This document shows, one piece after another, positions 1 through 12,849 of a stretch of 64,000 nucleotides of DNA (the first letter of the stretch is position 1; each line of letters begins with the position of its first letter). The notes below the pieces were generated by a model that was given only the letters and a program-made list of their open reading frames with translations, ran no database searches and was not told the DNA's origin. This DNA is from Eledone cirrhosa (lineage: Eukaryota). Position numbers and translations under genes: made by a program. Where the stretch lies: NCBI GenBank assembly GCA_964016885.1, contig CAXHJY010001737.1, positions 62,001 to 126,000 of the forward strand. Direction: 5' to 3'.

Positions 1-1810
1 CATAATTTACACACTGTCCCACCTGGTCAAGAAATTGAGCCCCACACCCTAACCATTAGGCCACAGAACATAGACAAGTGCTAACATCATAATTTACACA
101 CTGTCCCACCTGGTCAAGAAATTGAGCCCCACACCCTAACCATTAGGCCACAGAACATAGACAAGTGCTAACATCATAATTTACACACTGTCCCACCTGG
201 ACAAGGAATTGAGCCCCACACCCTAACCATTAGGCCACACAACATAAGCTAAGTGGTAAAATCATGACTTACAGTGCCCCACCTGGTCAAGGAATTGAGC
301 CCCACACCCTAACCATTAGGCCAGACAACAGAGACAAGTGCTCACATCATAATTTACAGTGCCCCACCTGGTCAAGGAATTGAGCCCAACACCCTAACCA
401 TTAGGCCACAGAACATAGACGAGTGCTAACATCATAATTTACAGTGCCCCACCTGGTCAAGGAATTGAGCCCAATACCCTAACCATTAGGCCACACAACA
501 TAGACAAGTGGTAACATCATAATTTACAGTGCCCCACCTGGTCAATGAATTGAGCCCAATACCCTAACCATTAGGCCACACAACATAGACAAGTGGTAAC
601 ATCATAATTTACAGTGCCCCACCTGGTCAAGGAATTGAGCCCAATACCCTAACCATTAGGCCACACAACATAGACAAGTGGTAACATCATAATTTACACT
701 GTCCCACCTGGTCAAGGAATTGAGCCCCACACCCTAACCATTAGGCCACAGAACATAGACAAGTGCTAACATCATAATTTACACACTGTCCCACCTGGTC
801 AAGGAATTGAGCCCCACACCCTAACCATTAGGCCACAGAACATAGACAAGTGCTAACATCATAATTTACACACTGTCCCACCTGGTCAAGAAATTGAGCC
901 CCACACCCTAACCATTAGGCCACAGAACATAGACAAGTGCTAACATCATAATTTACACACTGTTCCACCTGGTCAAGAAATTGAGCCCCACACCCTAACC
1001 ATTAGGCCACAGAACATAGACAAGTGCTAACATCATAATTTACACACTGTCCCACCTGGTCAAGAAATTGAGCCCCACACCCTAACCATTAGGCCACAGA
1101 ACATAGACAAGTGCTAACATCATAATTTACACACTGTCCCACCTGGTCAAGAAATTGAGCCCCACACCCTAACCATTAGGCCACAGAACATAGACAAGTG
1201 CTAACATCATAATTTACACACTGTCCCACCTGGTCAAGAAATTGAGCCCCACACCCTAACCATTAGGCCACAGAACATAGACAAGTGCTAACATCATAAT
1301 TTACACACTGTCCCACCTGGACAAGGAATTGAGCCCCACACCCTAACCATTAGGCCACACAACATAGCTAAGTGGTAAAATCATGACTTACAGTGCCCCA
1401 CCTGGTCAAGGAATTGAGCCCCACACCCTAACCATTAGGCCAGACAACAGAGACAAGTGCTAACATCATAATTTACAGCGCCCCACCTGGTCAAGGAATT
1501 GAGCCCAACACCCTAACCATTAGGCCACAGAACATAGCTAAGTGGTAAAATCATGACTTACAGTGCCCCACCTGGTCAAGGAATTGAGCCCAACACCCTA
1601 ACCATTAGGCCACACAACATAGCTAAGTGGTAAAATCATGACTTACAGTGCCCCACCTGGTCAAGGAATTGAGCCCAACACCCTAATCATTAGGTCACAC
1701 AACATAGACAAGTGGTAAAACCATAATTTACAGTGCCCCACCTGGTCAAGGAATTGAGCCCAACACCCTAATCATTAGGTCACACAACATAGACAAGTGG
1801 TAACATCATA
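1..1810. repeat. Intronic minisatellite, 85-87 bp unit, about 21 copies in the window (runs off the left edge)
   Basis: Unit cataatttacacactgtcccacctggtcaagaaattgagccccacaccctaaccattaggccacagaacatagacaagtgctaacat recurs at 1, 88, 175 and onward. The array stops at the splice donor at 1811-1816. Confidence 0.97.
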
Positions 1811-1816
1811 ACTTAC

Positions 1817-1946
1817 CGTCCGAAGAAGACCACTTTCATGTGATCCCTGGACAATACTTCTGTAATTCCATGGACTTTGTCTTTAAATCCTTTCACTCTT
1901 TCAGCATAATCTGCTGTCACAAGATCTTTAGCAACTTCCAACGTGT
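1817..1946 (-). CDS. MFN: Mitofusin coding exon 2 (leads into the GTPase G1 motif)
   Basis: Minus strand tttttcag|ACACG...GGACG|gtaagt, 130 nt. Translates (D)TLEVAKDLVTADYAERVKGFKDKVHGITEVLSRDHMKVVFFG(R), matching the mitofusin EVL..xHMKVAFFGRTSNGKS region. Phase fits the upstream exon. Not in the ORF track. Confidence 0.93.
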
Positions 1947-2218
1947 CTGAAAAATTAATAGCATCATCACCATCATTGTCCTTATCATTATCATCATCAC
2001 CACCACCACCATCAACATTATCATCATCACCAACACCACCATTATTTTGAAAGAGAAATACAATGAGTGAAAGAGAGATTGTGTGAAAGACAGATAGATA
2101 TTACCATAGTAACTAACTAAACAGCAAGTGACACTTTCCTGCCGAGACTCCCAGTTTGTTGTTGCCAGATTGTGTGTTCATTACTCGAGACACTGTTTGT
2201 GAACCGAGGTTCCACTAT

Positions 2219-2760
2219 ATATCATCATCACCGTTTTACGTCCATTCTTCCACACTAGCATGGGTTAGATGGGTTGTCCTGTTGTAGGCAATGCCAGGTC
2301 AGGTGACTATGTCTTGCTCAAACAGAACAGATTTTGGTTTGGTTTCTACAGCTGGAAGCCCTTCCTAACACCAACCTCATTTACAGTGAGTGCTGGGTGC
2401 TTTTTTACCGTGGTGCCTACACGACCACTTTACAGTGTAGACTGGGTGATTTTTGTCGTGACACCTATATGACCACTTTACAGTGTGGACCGGGTGATTT
2501 TTGTCAGGACTCCTACACGACCACTTTACAGTGTGGACCGGGTGATTTTTGTCGGGACTCCTACACGACCACTTTACAGTGTGGATTGGGTGATTTTTGT
2601 TGTGACTCCTACACGACCACTTTACAATGTGGACTGGGTGATTTTTATTGTGACTCCTACATGACCACTTTACAGTGTAGACTGGGTGATTTTTGTCATG
2701 ACACCCACATGACCACTTTACAGTGGGAGGGGGCATACTGTCTATATGCTTCAGCTTCGG
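2219..2760 (-). mobile_element. Retroposon 3' end with (GAT)n tail and an internal 48-bp tandem amplification
   Basis: (CAT)n-ttttacgtccattcttccacactagcatggg...ctggaagcccttcctaacaccaacc, shared with 3886-4030 and (inverted) about 8655-8700. The 48-bp unit (gaccactttacagtgtggactgggtgatttttgtcgtgactcctacac) repeats about 7 times. Confidence 0.7.
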
Positions 2761-3240
2761 CTTGTACCCGTGGGAAGTCGGGTCTTCTGTATTACTGCAT
2801 AACGCATCTCGGCCCTGTGTCATCGCCTTTGAGAGATGCAATTGGGCAAGGTCAGCTTTTATCGCCTCATCCCAGGTCTTCTTGGGTCTCCCCACTCCAA
2901 GGTTTCCACATATATTATATAATGATAAACTGAGGAAAATTAACAGAGAGGACAAGACAATGGACAAAAACAAGGCAAATCAAAAAAACAATTTTTGAAG
3001 GGGAACCTTAAAACATAAAAATACAAATGAAAGACACAGATCTCCAGGGTCATCGGCCATTGAGGTGGACTTTGGTACTGCTAGTAGACCCAAGGTCACA
3101 AGCCAAACGCTGTCCAGTGGAGTAAGAGACGAAAGACAAAACATTAATTTATAGTAATTAAGCTATAACAAGTACACATAGGATTCATGTAACCACAAGG
3201 TCATGTGCTGCCATCCATCAACACTGAGATATAGACATAC

Positions 3241-3430
3241 CTTCAACAAAAGAGTCACACTCGAAAATGTACTCTCCAATCTCTCTGAAGATGTCATTGA
3301 TGCGTTTCTTGGCTTGTCCAAAAAGTTTTAGTGGGGAGGGTGCGGTTGAGTGTCCGTTGCCAAGGTTACGGCAATCCGGCTTGTCACCTAGATTCAACAT
3401 GTCCAATCTTCCCAACATCCTGCCTGACAT
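3241..3430 (-). CDS. MFN: Mitofusin first coding exon (exon 3241-3451, ATG at 3430)
   Basis: MSGRMLGRLDMLNLGDKPDCRNLGNGHSTAPSPLKLFGQAKKRINDIF... contains the mitofusin SPLKxFxxAKKxINxIF motif. Acceptor ttctgttctttaccag at 3452; donor G|gtatgt at 3240. Confidence 0.93.
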
Positions 3431-3493
3431 GTTCAAATCACAGGTTCAAACCTGGTAAAGAACAGAAGAAATAAGAAATTAATACACACTTAA

Positions 3494-3698
3494 CCCTTTA
3501 GCATTTACATTACCCTATATTTACTATTGTATTTTCATGGTAAAGACTTTATCACACATAATTCCGAATCTATGAGATTTTAATGTTATTTATTTTGTGA
3601 ACAATGCCTTATAAGTATGAGCAGCCAGTTACAGCCGGTTTGAACAGAAAGAGGTGAGAGAATTCTGGCCGGATATGGCCGGTTTAAATGCTAAAGGG
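3494..3698. mobile_element. piggyBac-type MITE
   Basis: TTAA|CCCTTTAGCATTTA ... TAAATGCTAAAGGG|TTAA: 14-bp TIRs with TTAA target duplication. Confidence 0.88.
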
Positions 3699-3885
3699 TT
3701 AAAATGGATGACAAATCTCTATACAAAATTCTACGATTTTGTCACAACACGTAAAGAGAGAGGAGTAGTTTGACTACCTCATACTACTCCTTTCTCTTTA
3801 CGTCTCTTGCCTTCGTGAATGTATGTGTGTGTGTTTGAAAGTGTGTATTTTTGTAAGTGTGTCTGTGTTTGCACGTTTATATTTA

Positions 3886-4800
3886 TATTATCATCATCAT
3901 CATTTAACGTCCATCTTCCACGCTAACATGGGCTAGATGGTTTTGTTCCACTTGATGCGAGATTGGTTGGGTGACCGTGTCTTGGCAGGTTTTCTATGGC
4001 TGGATGCTCTTCATAACACCAGCCACCTTACAGTGTGGACTTGGAGCCTTTTTACCATGTCACCTACAAGACCACCTTACAGTGTGGACTGGGAGCCTTT
4101 TTACCGTGTCTCCTACATGACCACATTACAGTGTGGACTGGGAGCCTTTTTACTGTGTCTCCTACCCAACCACTTTACAGTGTGGACTGGGAGCCTTTTT
4201 ACCATGTCTCCTACACGATCACATTACAGTGTGAACTGGGTGCCTTTTTACTGTGTCTCCTACATGATCACATTACAGTGTGGACTGGGTGCTTTTTATC
4301 GTGTCTCCTACATGATCACTTTACAGTGTGGACTAGACTTTTTACTGTCTCCTAACCAACCACATTACAGTGTGGATTGGGAGCCTTTTTACCGTGTCTC
4401 CTACACGATCACATTACAGTGTGGACTGGGAGCCTTTTTACTGTGTCTCCTACACGATCACATTACAGTGTGGACTGGGAGCCTTTTTACCGTGTCTCCT
4501 ACACGACCACTTTAAAGTGTGGACTGGGAGCCTTTTTACTGTGTCTCCTACATGACCACATTACAGTGTGGACTGGGAGCCTTTTTACTGTGTCTCCTAC
4601 ATGACCACATTACAGTGTGGACTGGGAGCCTTTTTACTGTGTCTCCTACACGACCACTTTACAGTGTGGACTGGGAGCCTTTTTACCATGTCTCCTATAC
4701 AGCGGACAGAAATGGGAGATAGGGTAGGGTATGTGGGGAGGGATGTATATTGGGTTAAGAAGTGCCTACTGACTGTAGGTTCAAGTTTGTATGCGTGAGC
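3886..4800 (-). mobile_element. Second copy of the (GAT)n-tailed retroposon, with a 49-bp internal minisatellite (about 4022-4700)
   Basis: Same terminal sequence as 2219-2400. Unit cagtgtggactgggagcctttttactgtgtctcctacacgatcacatta repeats about 14 times. Confidence 0.72.
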
Positions 4801-4860
4801 ATGTTGAAAAAAATCCTAGTTTTTAAAAATACATAAAATAACACAACAATCAATAATAAT

Positions 4861-5605
4861 AATTGTTTCTACTTTTGGCACAAGGCCAGCAATTACCCAG
4901 TACATTACTGGTACTTTATTTTATCGACCCTGTAAGGATGAAAGGCAAAGTTGATCTCGGCGGGATTTGAACTCAGAATGGAAAAGGCCGTAACTCTATG
5001 CGTCAAAGCATGGCGTCCGACCCTCTACCGATACTGCCAATCCACCAATATGGATCAATAATAATAATGGTTTCTGATTTAGGCACAAGGCCAGCAATTT
5101 TGGGGGAGAGGAAAGTCAATTAGATCTACACCAGTGTATTACTGGTACTTTATTTTATCGATCCCATGACAGGATTTGAACTTAGAATGTAGAAAGTTTC
5201 TAACCAAATACCGCAAAGCATTTTGTCCAACGCTCTACCGATTGGTTGGCAGTATCGGTAGAGGGTCAGACACCATGCTTTGATGCAGAGTTGCGGTCCT
5301 TTATGATTTGAGTTCAAATCCTGCCGAGGTTAACTTTGCCTTTCATCCTTACGGGGTCGATAAAATAAAGTACCAGTAATGCACTGGGTATTTGCTGGCC
5401 TTGTGCCAATCGTAGAAACAATTATAATAATAATTGTTTCTACTTTTGGCACAAGGCCAGCAATTACCCCAGTGTATTACTGGTACTTCATAGACCCTGT
5501 AAGGATGAAAGGCAAAGTTAACCTTGGCGGGATTTGAACTCAGATCGTAAAGGTCCGGTCCGTAACTCTATGCTGCAAAGCATGGCGTCCGACCCTCTAC
5601 CGATA
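4861..5605. mobile_element. Cluster of four tRNA-derived SINEs (family A) in -,-,+,- orientation
   Basis: A-box tggcagtatcgg, B-box gttcaaatcc, conserved core gcctttcatccttacggggtcgataaaataaagtaccag, and 3' end gtagaaacaatt. Confidence 0.92.
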
Positions 5606-6271
5606 CATGCACACACCCACACGTACAGAGGGACCCTCTCCTCTTCACACATGCACATACACTATTACACAGATAGACAATCTTTCACACGTGCATATAC
5701 ACACACACACATACATATAGATACACTATCATACATACATACACTACCATACACTCACACATATACATTTCTCATCACACACTCACATACACATAGTGTT
5801 CGAAATGTTAAGACTCTCTTCCTGCTATTTCAAGCGTTAAACTAATATATTTCATACATGTACTGTGCCATTTCTTTTGTTATTTGTTTACTTTTTACAA
5901 GCACACACACACACACACACACACACAGACATATATTTATACACAGACACACATACACTCATATATATATATATATATATATACATATGTAGATACTACC
6001 ACATTCATGAACAGATGGTTATTAACCAACAACAGTAGTATGACCTATTAAAAATACCTGTGTGTGATGGAGTGAGGGCTTGTAACACAACTGTCTTTTG
6101 TCTTTACTATTGTCTTCTCCCCCATCACCACACATACATACACACAAAATAATTTGAATATGTCCCACTTCTGTTAGTCCCTATCTATCCATCTATATAT
6201 ATAAATATATGTATACACACACACACACACATCTCTATACAAGTTAAATAAGGTTACCTTATTTAACTTCA

Positions 6272-6659
6272 ACTCTTTAGCATTTACAATTATATTTTCA
6301 CGGTAAAGGCTTTACCTCACATAATATTGAATCTATGAGATTTTGATATTATTTATTTTGAGAACGTGGATTGGCAGTGTCGGTAGAGGGTCGGACGCCA
6401 TGCTTTCCAGCATAGTTATGTCCCTTTACGATCCGAGTTCAAATCCCGCCGAGGTTGACTTTGCCTTTCATCCTTACAGGGTCGATAAAATAAAGTACCA
6501 GTAATGCACTGGTGAATTGCTGGCCTTGTGCCTAAAGTAGAAACAATTATTTATTTTGAGAACAATACCTTAACTTGAGTATGAGTGGCCAGTTACAACC
6601 GGTTTAAATAGGAGGAGAGAGAATTCTGGCCCAATATGGACAGTTTATATGCTAAAAGG
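6272..6659. mobile_element. Second piggyBac-type MITE copy interrupted by SINE A (6366-6546)
   Basis: Homologous to 3494-3698 with degenerate TIRs. The SINE is flanked by the direct repeat attatttattttgagaac (TSD). Confidence 0.85.
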
Positions 6660-7025
6660 TTAACATAACATTAACATGGTGATCAAAAATTCACCGTGTT
6701 CAGGGTACCTCAAAAGCCTGGGTTTGACTAAACCCATGAGGGTGTGTAAAGTGTTTAGTAGAAGTTAATTGTGTGAGAAAGCCCCTTATACACACAATCT
6801 TCCTTTCTGGGGTTCTGTATACCAGAGACAATTCATCCACACTGTCCGGAGCCTCGTATCATTGGAGTAGCTACAGTATAAACTTCTGATATCAATGTTT
6901 TTATGAGAGAAAAATTCAATACTAACAGGTTAGTTTATCATATACTAAATATACAAATGCCTAGTAGTTAGGGTTGCTCCCTACTATTTCTAGTTTCACT
7001 TATAAACTCCTTATTTTCTCATGTA

Positions 7026-7476
7026 CAAGGGGCTGCTGAGAAGTTCCTGGCTTTGGGTAAAAGAAAATACAGGAAGATCAGTTAATTAGGATTTTATTCA
7101 ACACATTCCCCTCTCTAGTGTTGGGCCTGTAACCTGTCTTGGGAGGCATGGGATGGACGCACAAAACCAACTGGCAGGAGTAGACCCACCCCAAGCAAGA
7201 TGGTTGGATAACATTCATGAGCTTAGCTGGTCACACTTAGGGGATCCAGCCAGATCATTTGGAGATGGTTGCTTCTGACAGGACCTGCTGGAAGGAGTGT
7301 TTGAGGACCTCTCAGGAATAAGTGGGCAAAGAAGAAGATATTCTTCTCTCAGATTCACACACCTATTGTAGCGTTCCTTCAGTTTTTCTAAACGCTGTAA
7401 AAAGAACTTGGAAGGTTGGGTCTCCAACCAGGCCTATGTAGCAGAGATCAAACAAGGAACTTTTCAGTACCCCTCG
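7026..7476 (-). mobile_element. Non-autonomous mariner element with transposase C-terminal remnant and a nested insert (about 7116-7340)
   Basis: TA|CAAGGGGCTGCTGAGAAGTTCC ... GGAACTTTTCAGTACCCCTCG|TA. Minus-strand KFFLQRLEKLKERYNRCVNLREEY resembles the mariner C-terminus. Confidence 0.82.
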
Positions 7477-7494
7477 TACTTCAAGTGATCGCTA

Positions 7495-7775
7495 TTACAG
7501 TTCAATTCACCTTTGTTGGTCTTACAATCATAGTGTCGTCGGTTCGATTCCTGAACAGGGTGCTGCTTTGTATTCTTGAGCAAAATACTTCCTTACTCAG
7601 CTGAAAATGAGGACCAGCAGTAACTGGGGAAGAGGGGGGAATTTAACACTGCGACGGACTGGCGTCAAGTCCACGAGGAAGGGAGGAGGCTTATATTCTC
7701 AGTCGCTTAAACGCCAAGCAAGCCAAGAACAGCACCAGCAACATCCGGGCTTGAGAAACACTTTCACTTTTAAAT
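7495..7775 (+). mobile_element. Diverged SINE family B copy
   Basis: ggttcgattcc B-box, cttgagcaaaatactt, actcagctgaaaatgag, gacggactggcgtc; homologous to 26966-27245. Confidence 0.7.
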
Positions 7776-8059
7776 TAAAACAGCCCCGCCCCCACATACA
7801 TGTACAAAATGACCTTGCAATATTTGAAGGGACATAACTCAACAGGTGAATTGGGCAACAAGTCCCGGATGAATATAAACCAGACCGGTAATATATATAT
7901 GTATATATATATATATAATGTACTGGACTAATGGACTGGTTATTGGAGATCGATTACTATTGATAAATCACCCCATCCTTTCTCCGTCACCCTCCCGGAA
8001 ACTAGCGAAAGAAATATATATTGTGTGTGTATTTGAGAATTAAAACCCTTACTACGATT

Positions 8060-8090
<31 letters not shown>

Positions 8091-8096
8091 AAACAC

Positions 8097-8550
8097 ACAG
8101 AGTGTCCCAAAAAATGTATATACCAACATTATTCTAATCAAAGTATGTATACATTTTTGGAGACACCTTGTGTGTGTGTGTGGTGTGTATATGTATGTAT
8201 ATATATATATACACACACACATCCTATGAAAACTTGTTCAAGATCACGTGCATATTATATGCATTTATAAAGATGTGAATATACTTATATATATATATAT
8301 GAGTATGTGTGTATATATATGTGTTCAATGTCATCTGGAGAGAAGGGGGGGGGGGTTTTAGAAAAATGCCAGAGAGAGAGATAGAGTGACACAGATAGGA
8401 GAGATGAAGAAGATAAGATAGTGAGCGAACATTTCTGAGTTTATAACGATATATATATACACACACACACAGGGTCCCCCCCCCCCCAAATATATATACA
8501 CTTTTATTACAATGCTGTTGAAATTTGTATATATTTTTTGGGACACCCTG
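8097..8550. mobile_element. Two tiny Tc1-like MITEs (about 8097-8170 and 8470-8550)
   Basis: cagagtgtcccaaaaaatgtata...tatacatttttggagacaccttg and cagggtcccc...tttttgggacaccctg inverted termini. Confidence 0.65.
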
Positions 8551-8702
8551 TGTGTGTGTATATATATATATATATAGTAATTAGTAAGAGAGCGACGAAT
8601 TTGGAGATATGTGTGTATGTGTGAGTATAAGACTGTTTTGTGGACAGCCTGTCGAACCCATGCTTGCGTGGAAAATGGACGTTAAACGAATAATGATATA
8701 TA

Positions 8703-8733
<31 letters not shown>

Positions 8734-9497
8734 TGCGAGAGAAAGAGCTATATAGATAGACATATCTTGTAGATGACATATAGAGGTGATTTACTTAGAA
8801 TGTAAAAAAAAAAACATTAAAAGCATAAAAAACTTTATATAATTATTTAGGATTTATAACAGGTTTAGTTAGTGTTAAGACAGTATATAAGACAACTAGA
8901 TTGTATTGTAATATATAGGGGTAACATTAACTAAAGAAAAATTACTGAAATATTTGAATTATTTAGAAAAAATTTGTAAAAAGTTTGGTTAGTGTTGTGA
9001 GAATATTTAAGACATGGTGGTCACGACTAGATTGCATTGTAATGTTATATAAAATATATAGGTAGAATCCTGATATATATTGAGACGTGATCAGAGCTAA
9101 AAAGGTACTCAATACATTAGTAGAGTATAGGTATATTTATTTTATTATAGAAATGACTTCAACAGGACTAGAACTATTTCATTCGCAAGAAATCATCATT
9201 ATATACATGATATAGAAATAATGATATACATATATATATATGTAATATGTATATATATGTAATATGATATGTATATATATGTAATATGATATGTATATAT
9301 TATATAGAGGTTATCTATCTGTTTCTTGTTAAAGATAGAAAAAAAAAAAAAAAAGAAATTTGTAACAAGTTTGGTTAGTGTTGCGGTACTATCTAATACG
9401 TGATGGTCACGGCTAGATTGAGCTGCAATATAATATAACATATATATGTTTGTACGTATGTATATATATATGTATGTATATAGAGGTTATTATCTAC

Positions 9498-9900
9498 CTG
9501 TTTCTTGTTAAAGTCGACCCACACTTAGAGAGAGTCTGACTGGCTTGATTCCGATAAGTGCTGCTAAAATACAACTGACCCCGTGGGTGAATAGAGAGGG
9601 GGCGGGAGACGTGTAAGTACGACCCCCCCTCACATTTGTCCTTCCGGTTCACTGAATCAGATGGTCGGCGAGGCCAGTGGGTAGCAGTGAGATGTACATG
9701 CGACGGGACGGAAGAAGCCCGGCGAGGACATATGAATGACAGCACAAGTAGCCATATTTGCTCTCCCTCTTTTCCCGTTCGAACGAGATTTCCGGCGAGA
9801 GGTAAGCAGCAGCAGCAGCGGCGACAGCGAGATAAATTTCTGTCACGTGCGTGCACCAACTAAAAGTGCATTTCAACACCATCGCCACTACTGCACACAA
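9498..9900. promoter_or_regulatory. CpG-rich island; likely bidirectional promoter with divergent non-coding first exons
   Basis: Unique GC/CpG-rich sequence 6 kb upstream of the mitofusin ATG exon, which has its own splice acceptor. Minus-strand donor CAG|gtagat at 9497. Plus-strand ctctccctcttttccc tract followed by GAG|gtaagc at 9802. Confidence 0.6.
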
Positions 9901-10428
9901 ATGAAGTGTAGTCTGCTATTATAATAATTTAGATCACAATCTTAAAGCGGGTACATTAATATTAGGTATTTAGGAAGGTGGAGTGATTGGATTGGACGGT
10001 AAATATATGTTATTACGTCTCCGTGAAGAGAGACAGGTGCAATATATATATGTATCTATCTAGCTATATTATATATATATATAGAGAGAGAGACGTTACT
10101 AGTTAAGACATACCTATACATATACACATGTATGAGACATTACTAGTTAAGACAAGACGATTATCTATATATGCTACTAGTTAATAGTAATAATATATAC
10201 GGACGTGAGAATAAGTACTTAATACGGAAGTAGAGCTCATCTATATTATAATTCTTTATTTATATATATAATGACTGAGAACGAGGCGTCAAAATAGGTT
10301 TATTCACCATATATATGTGAAAAGTGTCAGGACCCCGACGGCTGAGCTCCGGCCGTTTCGACAGCTATATATATATATACACACAGACATATATAAATAT
10401 ATATAGGCGCCGCAGTTGAGATTTTACA

Positions 10429-10459
<31 letters not shown>

Positions 10460-10934
10460 TCGTGTAATATTGACGGACGTAAGCATGAGAAATCGATGCC
10501 GAAGTAGGATTTAAATATTCTTTATTATGGTTTAGCGGTGAAAGAATAAATTATTCCCCCTGAATGATCTCCCTTGAATTAACTCTCTTGAATTGTAACT
10601 TCCTCCTTTGCGGCCTTCCATAGATTCCATGTGAGCGTTAGAAATGTCACCTTGACACGAGGTCAAAAATTTAGAGTAGGAGAGGGCATTTGGCGGATAT
10701 GAAAGATTGTTAACCTCCATTGAATTTGAAGTTAGAACCGAATGTGGTGGTTTGTGCTTGTTGTTTTAGTGGTGCTGGTGGTAGTGATGGTATGGTGGTG
10801 ATGTTGGGGTGGTGGTGATTATGAAGGTGGTAGTAATGTTGACGGTCGTGATAATGATAGTGATGGTGATTTTGGTGGTGATGCAGGTGATGGGTGTGGT
10901 GTCGGTGATACTACTGCTGCTGGTTCTGAAAGTA

Positions 10935-11215
10935 CGTAGTTCAGTGGTTAAGGTTTTCGGTTCACGATCATAAAGACGAGTTTGATTATCGGACAAGACC
11001 GGAATTTGTGTTGTGTCCTTGAGCAAGACACTTTATTTCACGTTGCTCCAGTCCACTGTGTCCTTGAACAAGACGCTTTATTCCACGTTGCTCCAGTCCA
11101 CTATGACCTTGAACAAGACACTTTATTTCACGTTGCTCCAGTCCACTGTGTCCTTGAACAAGAGACTTTATTTCACATTGCTCTACTCCACATTTAGCTA
11201 GAATAAAAATGAACT
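10935..11215 (+). mobile_element. SINE family B-like copy with a 45-bp core segment repeated four times
   Basis: tRNA-like head tagttcagtggttaagg...gagtttgatt, then four copies of tgtgtccttgagcaagacactttatttcacgttgctccagtccac. Confidence 0.75.
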
Positions 11216-11915
11216 GTATCTGTGTTTCGAGCGGTGATCTCTCAATTTGGAGAAGTAGAAGCTCTACCTGGAGTGACTCTCTAATCTCCGAGCTACAAAT
11301 ATGTCCAGCGATACTTTCCTGAGACATTCTAACCACGTGCCCATCGTACGGAGCTGTGATCTCTCAATTCGGAGAAGTAGGGGGGTGACTCTTATTTATT
11401 TATTTATTTACTTATTTATTTATTTATCCTTCCTTCCCCTTTTCTTCTTTTCTCTCCTTCCGTTCGTAAATTCACACAATTAAAATATCAAATTTCGTAT
11501 CATTAAATTTTTGTTTACAATAAAAGAAAAAAAAAATAGAAAAAATATTTTCAAGGGAGGTAACTTTTGAATTCTCAAGGGAAATAACTTATTCAACTTA
11601 CTTGGTTAATTCCCTTGATCGAGACACCCCCCCTTCCGCTAGTACACTTTTTGGGGGAGAAACAAAATTATAATAAATATCATAAATAATAATAGTAATG
11701 ACAAAATAAAAATAAAAACAAAATCAGTCACGTGCTGGTTAAATTTGGTGCTGACCGCCATTGCTGAGGATTTCTTGAACAAGTTTGTGTGTTTCTTGTC
11801 TGTCTGTCTGTCTTTCTCAAGTGTGTTTTATGTATATATGGTCCTCTAACCTCCAATGGAATTGTAGGGACGCCATATTGATATATAGCGTTTCTAAGAC
11901 ATTTTCTAACGAATA

Positions 11916-12383
11916 GGCTATTTTGCCGGTTCCAGTAAAATACACAAACATGCCTTTAAAGCTTATTTTACCGGTCCCCTATAAATATTGTTTCTACTTT
12001 TGGCACAAGACCAGCAATTACCCTAGTGCATTACTGGTACTTTATTTTATCGACCCCGTAAGGATGAAAGGCAAAGTTAACTTCGGCGGGATTTGAACTC
12101 AGAGCGTAAAGGCCCTTAATTCCATGCTGTCCAGCCTTCATAACAATTGTTTCTGATTAAGGTCAGCAATTTTGGGAGAGGGAAAGTCAATTAAATCGAC
12201 CCTAGTGCATTACAGGTACTTTATTTTATCGATTTTGTAAAGATGAAAGACAAAGTTAACCCCAGAGGGATTTGAACTCAGACCGTAAAGGGCTCCAACT
12301 CTATGCTGCAATGCATAGTGTCTAACACTCTGGCTGGCAAAATAGCGTGGGTGTTTATTTTACCGGGACCGGCAAAATAACCT
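11916..12383. mobile_element. TIR element remnant containing two nested minus-strand SINE A copies
   Basis: ggctattttgccggttccagtaaaat is the imperfect reverse complement of attttaccgggaccggcaaaataacc. SINEs at about 11988-12130 and 12147-12320. Confidence 0.6.
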
Positions 12384-12849
12384 CTTCCACTTTTTAAAAA
12401 CCTAACGGAGCCCATCTTCTCTTCAGGTATGGATACAGAATATTTATCCTAGTGATTGATATATGGAGTCAGATAAAAAAAGTGAGAAAGAGATATATAT
12501 TGGAAGAATCGACCCAGTACTTGACTGGTACTTGTTTATCGACCTCGTAAGGATGAAAGGCAAAGTTGACTTTGGCAGGATTTGAACTTAGAGAGCAGCT
12601 ACCCGGCACGAATATTACAAAGCATCCTATCCGACATTCTAACGACTTTGCCAATTTGCCGCGTTACTGTGTTGTATACCAGAAGACAAAAGAGAAGACT
12701 ATTTCTCTTCTGAAGAACACCTAACACCACTACCCCAGTAATATGGGCCTTGGCGGAGTGGGAGTGGAGAAGCGTTTTCTTGTGAGTTTGTGTGTGTGTG
12801 GGCGAGGTCTCACGTACAAGCCACCGCCACCTCCTGTGGTCTAACCGGA

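Noticed and set aside
2334-2973. About 199-aa Cys-rich repeat ORFs on both strands (also 34777-35816)
   Set aside because: Arise from 48-bp and 63-bp minisatellites whose units are multiples of three; intronic or TE-derived.
3218-3436. ORF-track 72-aa protein as a complete gene
   Set aside because: It is a spliced exon: the true ATG is at 3430 and the reading frame leaves at the donor at 3240.
1-4700. CRISPR-like appearance of regular repeats (also 34800-35600, 42232-42880)
   Set aside because: Contiguous tandem units without unique spacers, no cas genes, and a spliceosomal-intron context.
9494-9924. Short ORFs over the CpG island
   Set aside because: No recognisable protein motifs; expected by chance in GC-rich promoter sequence.
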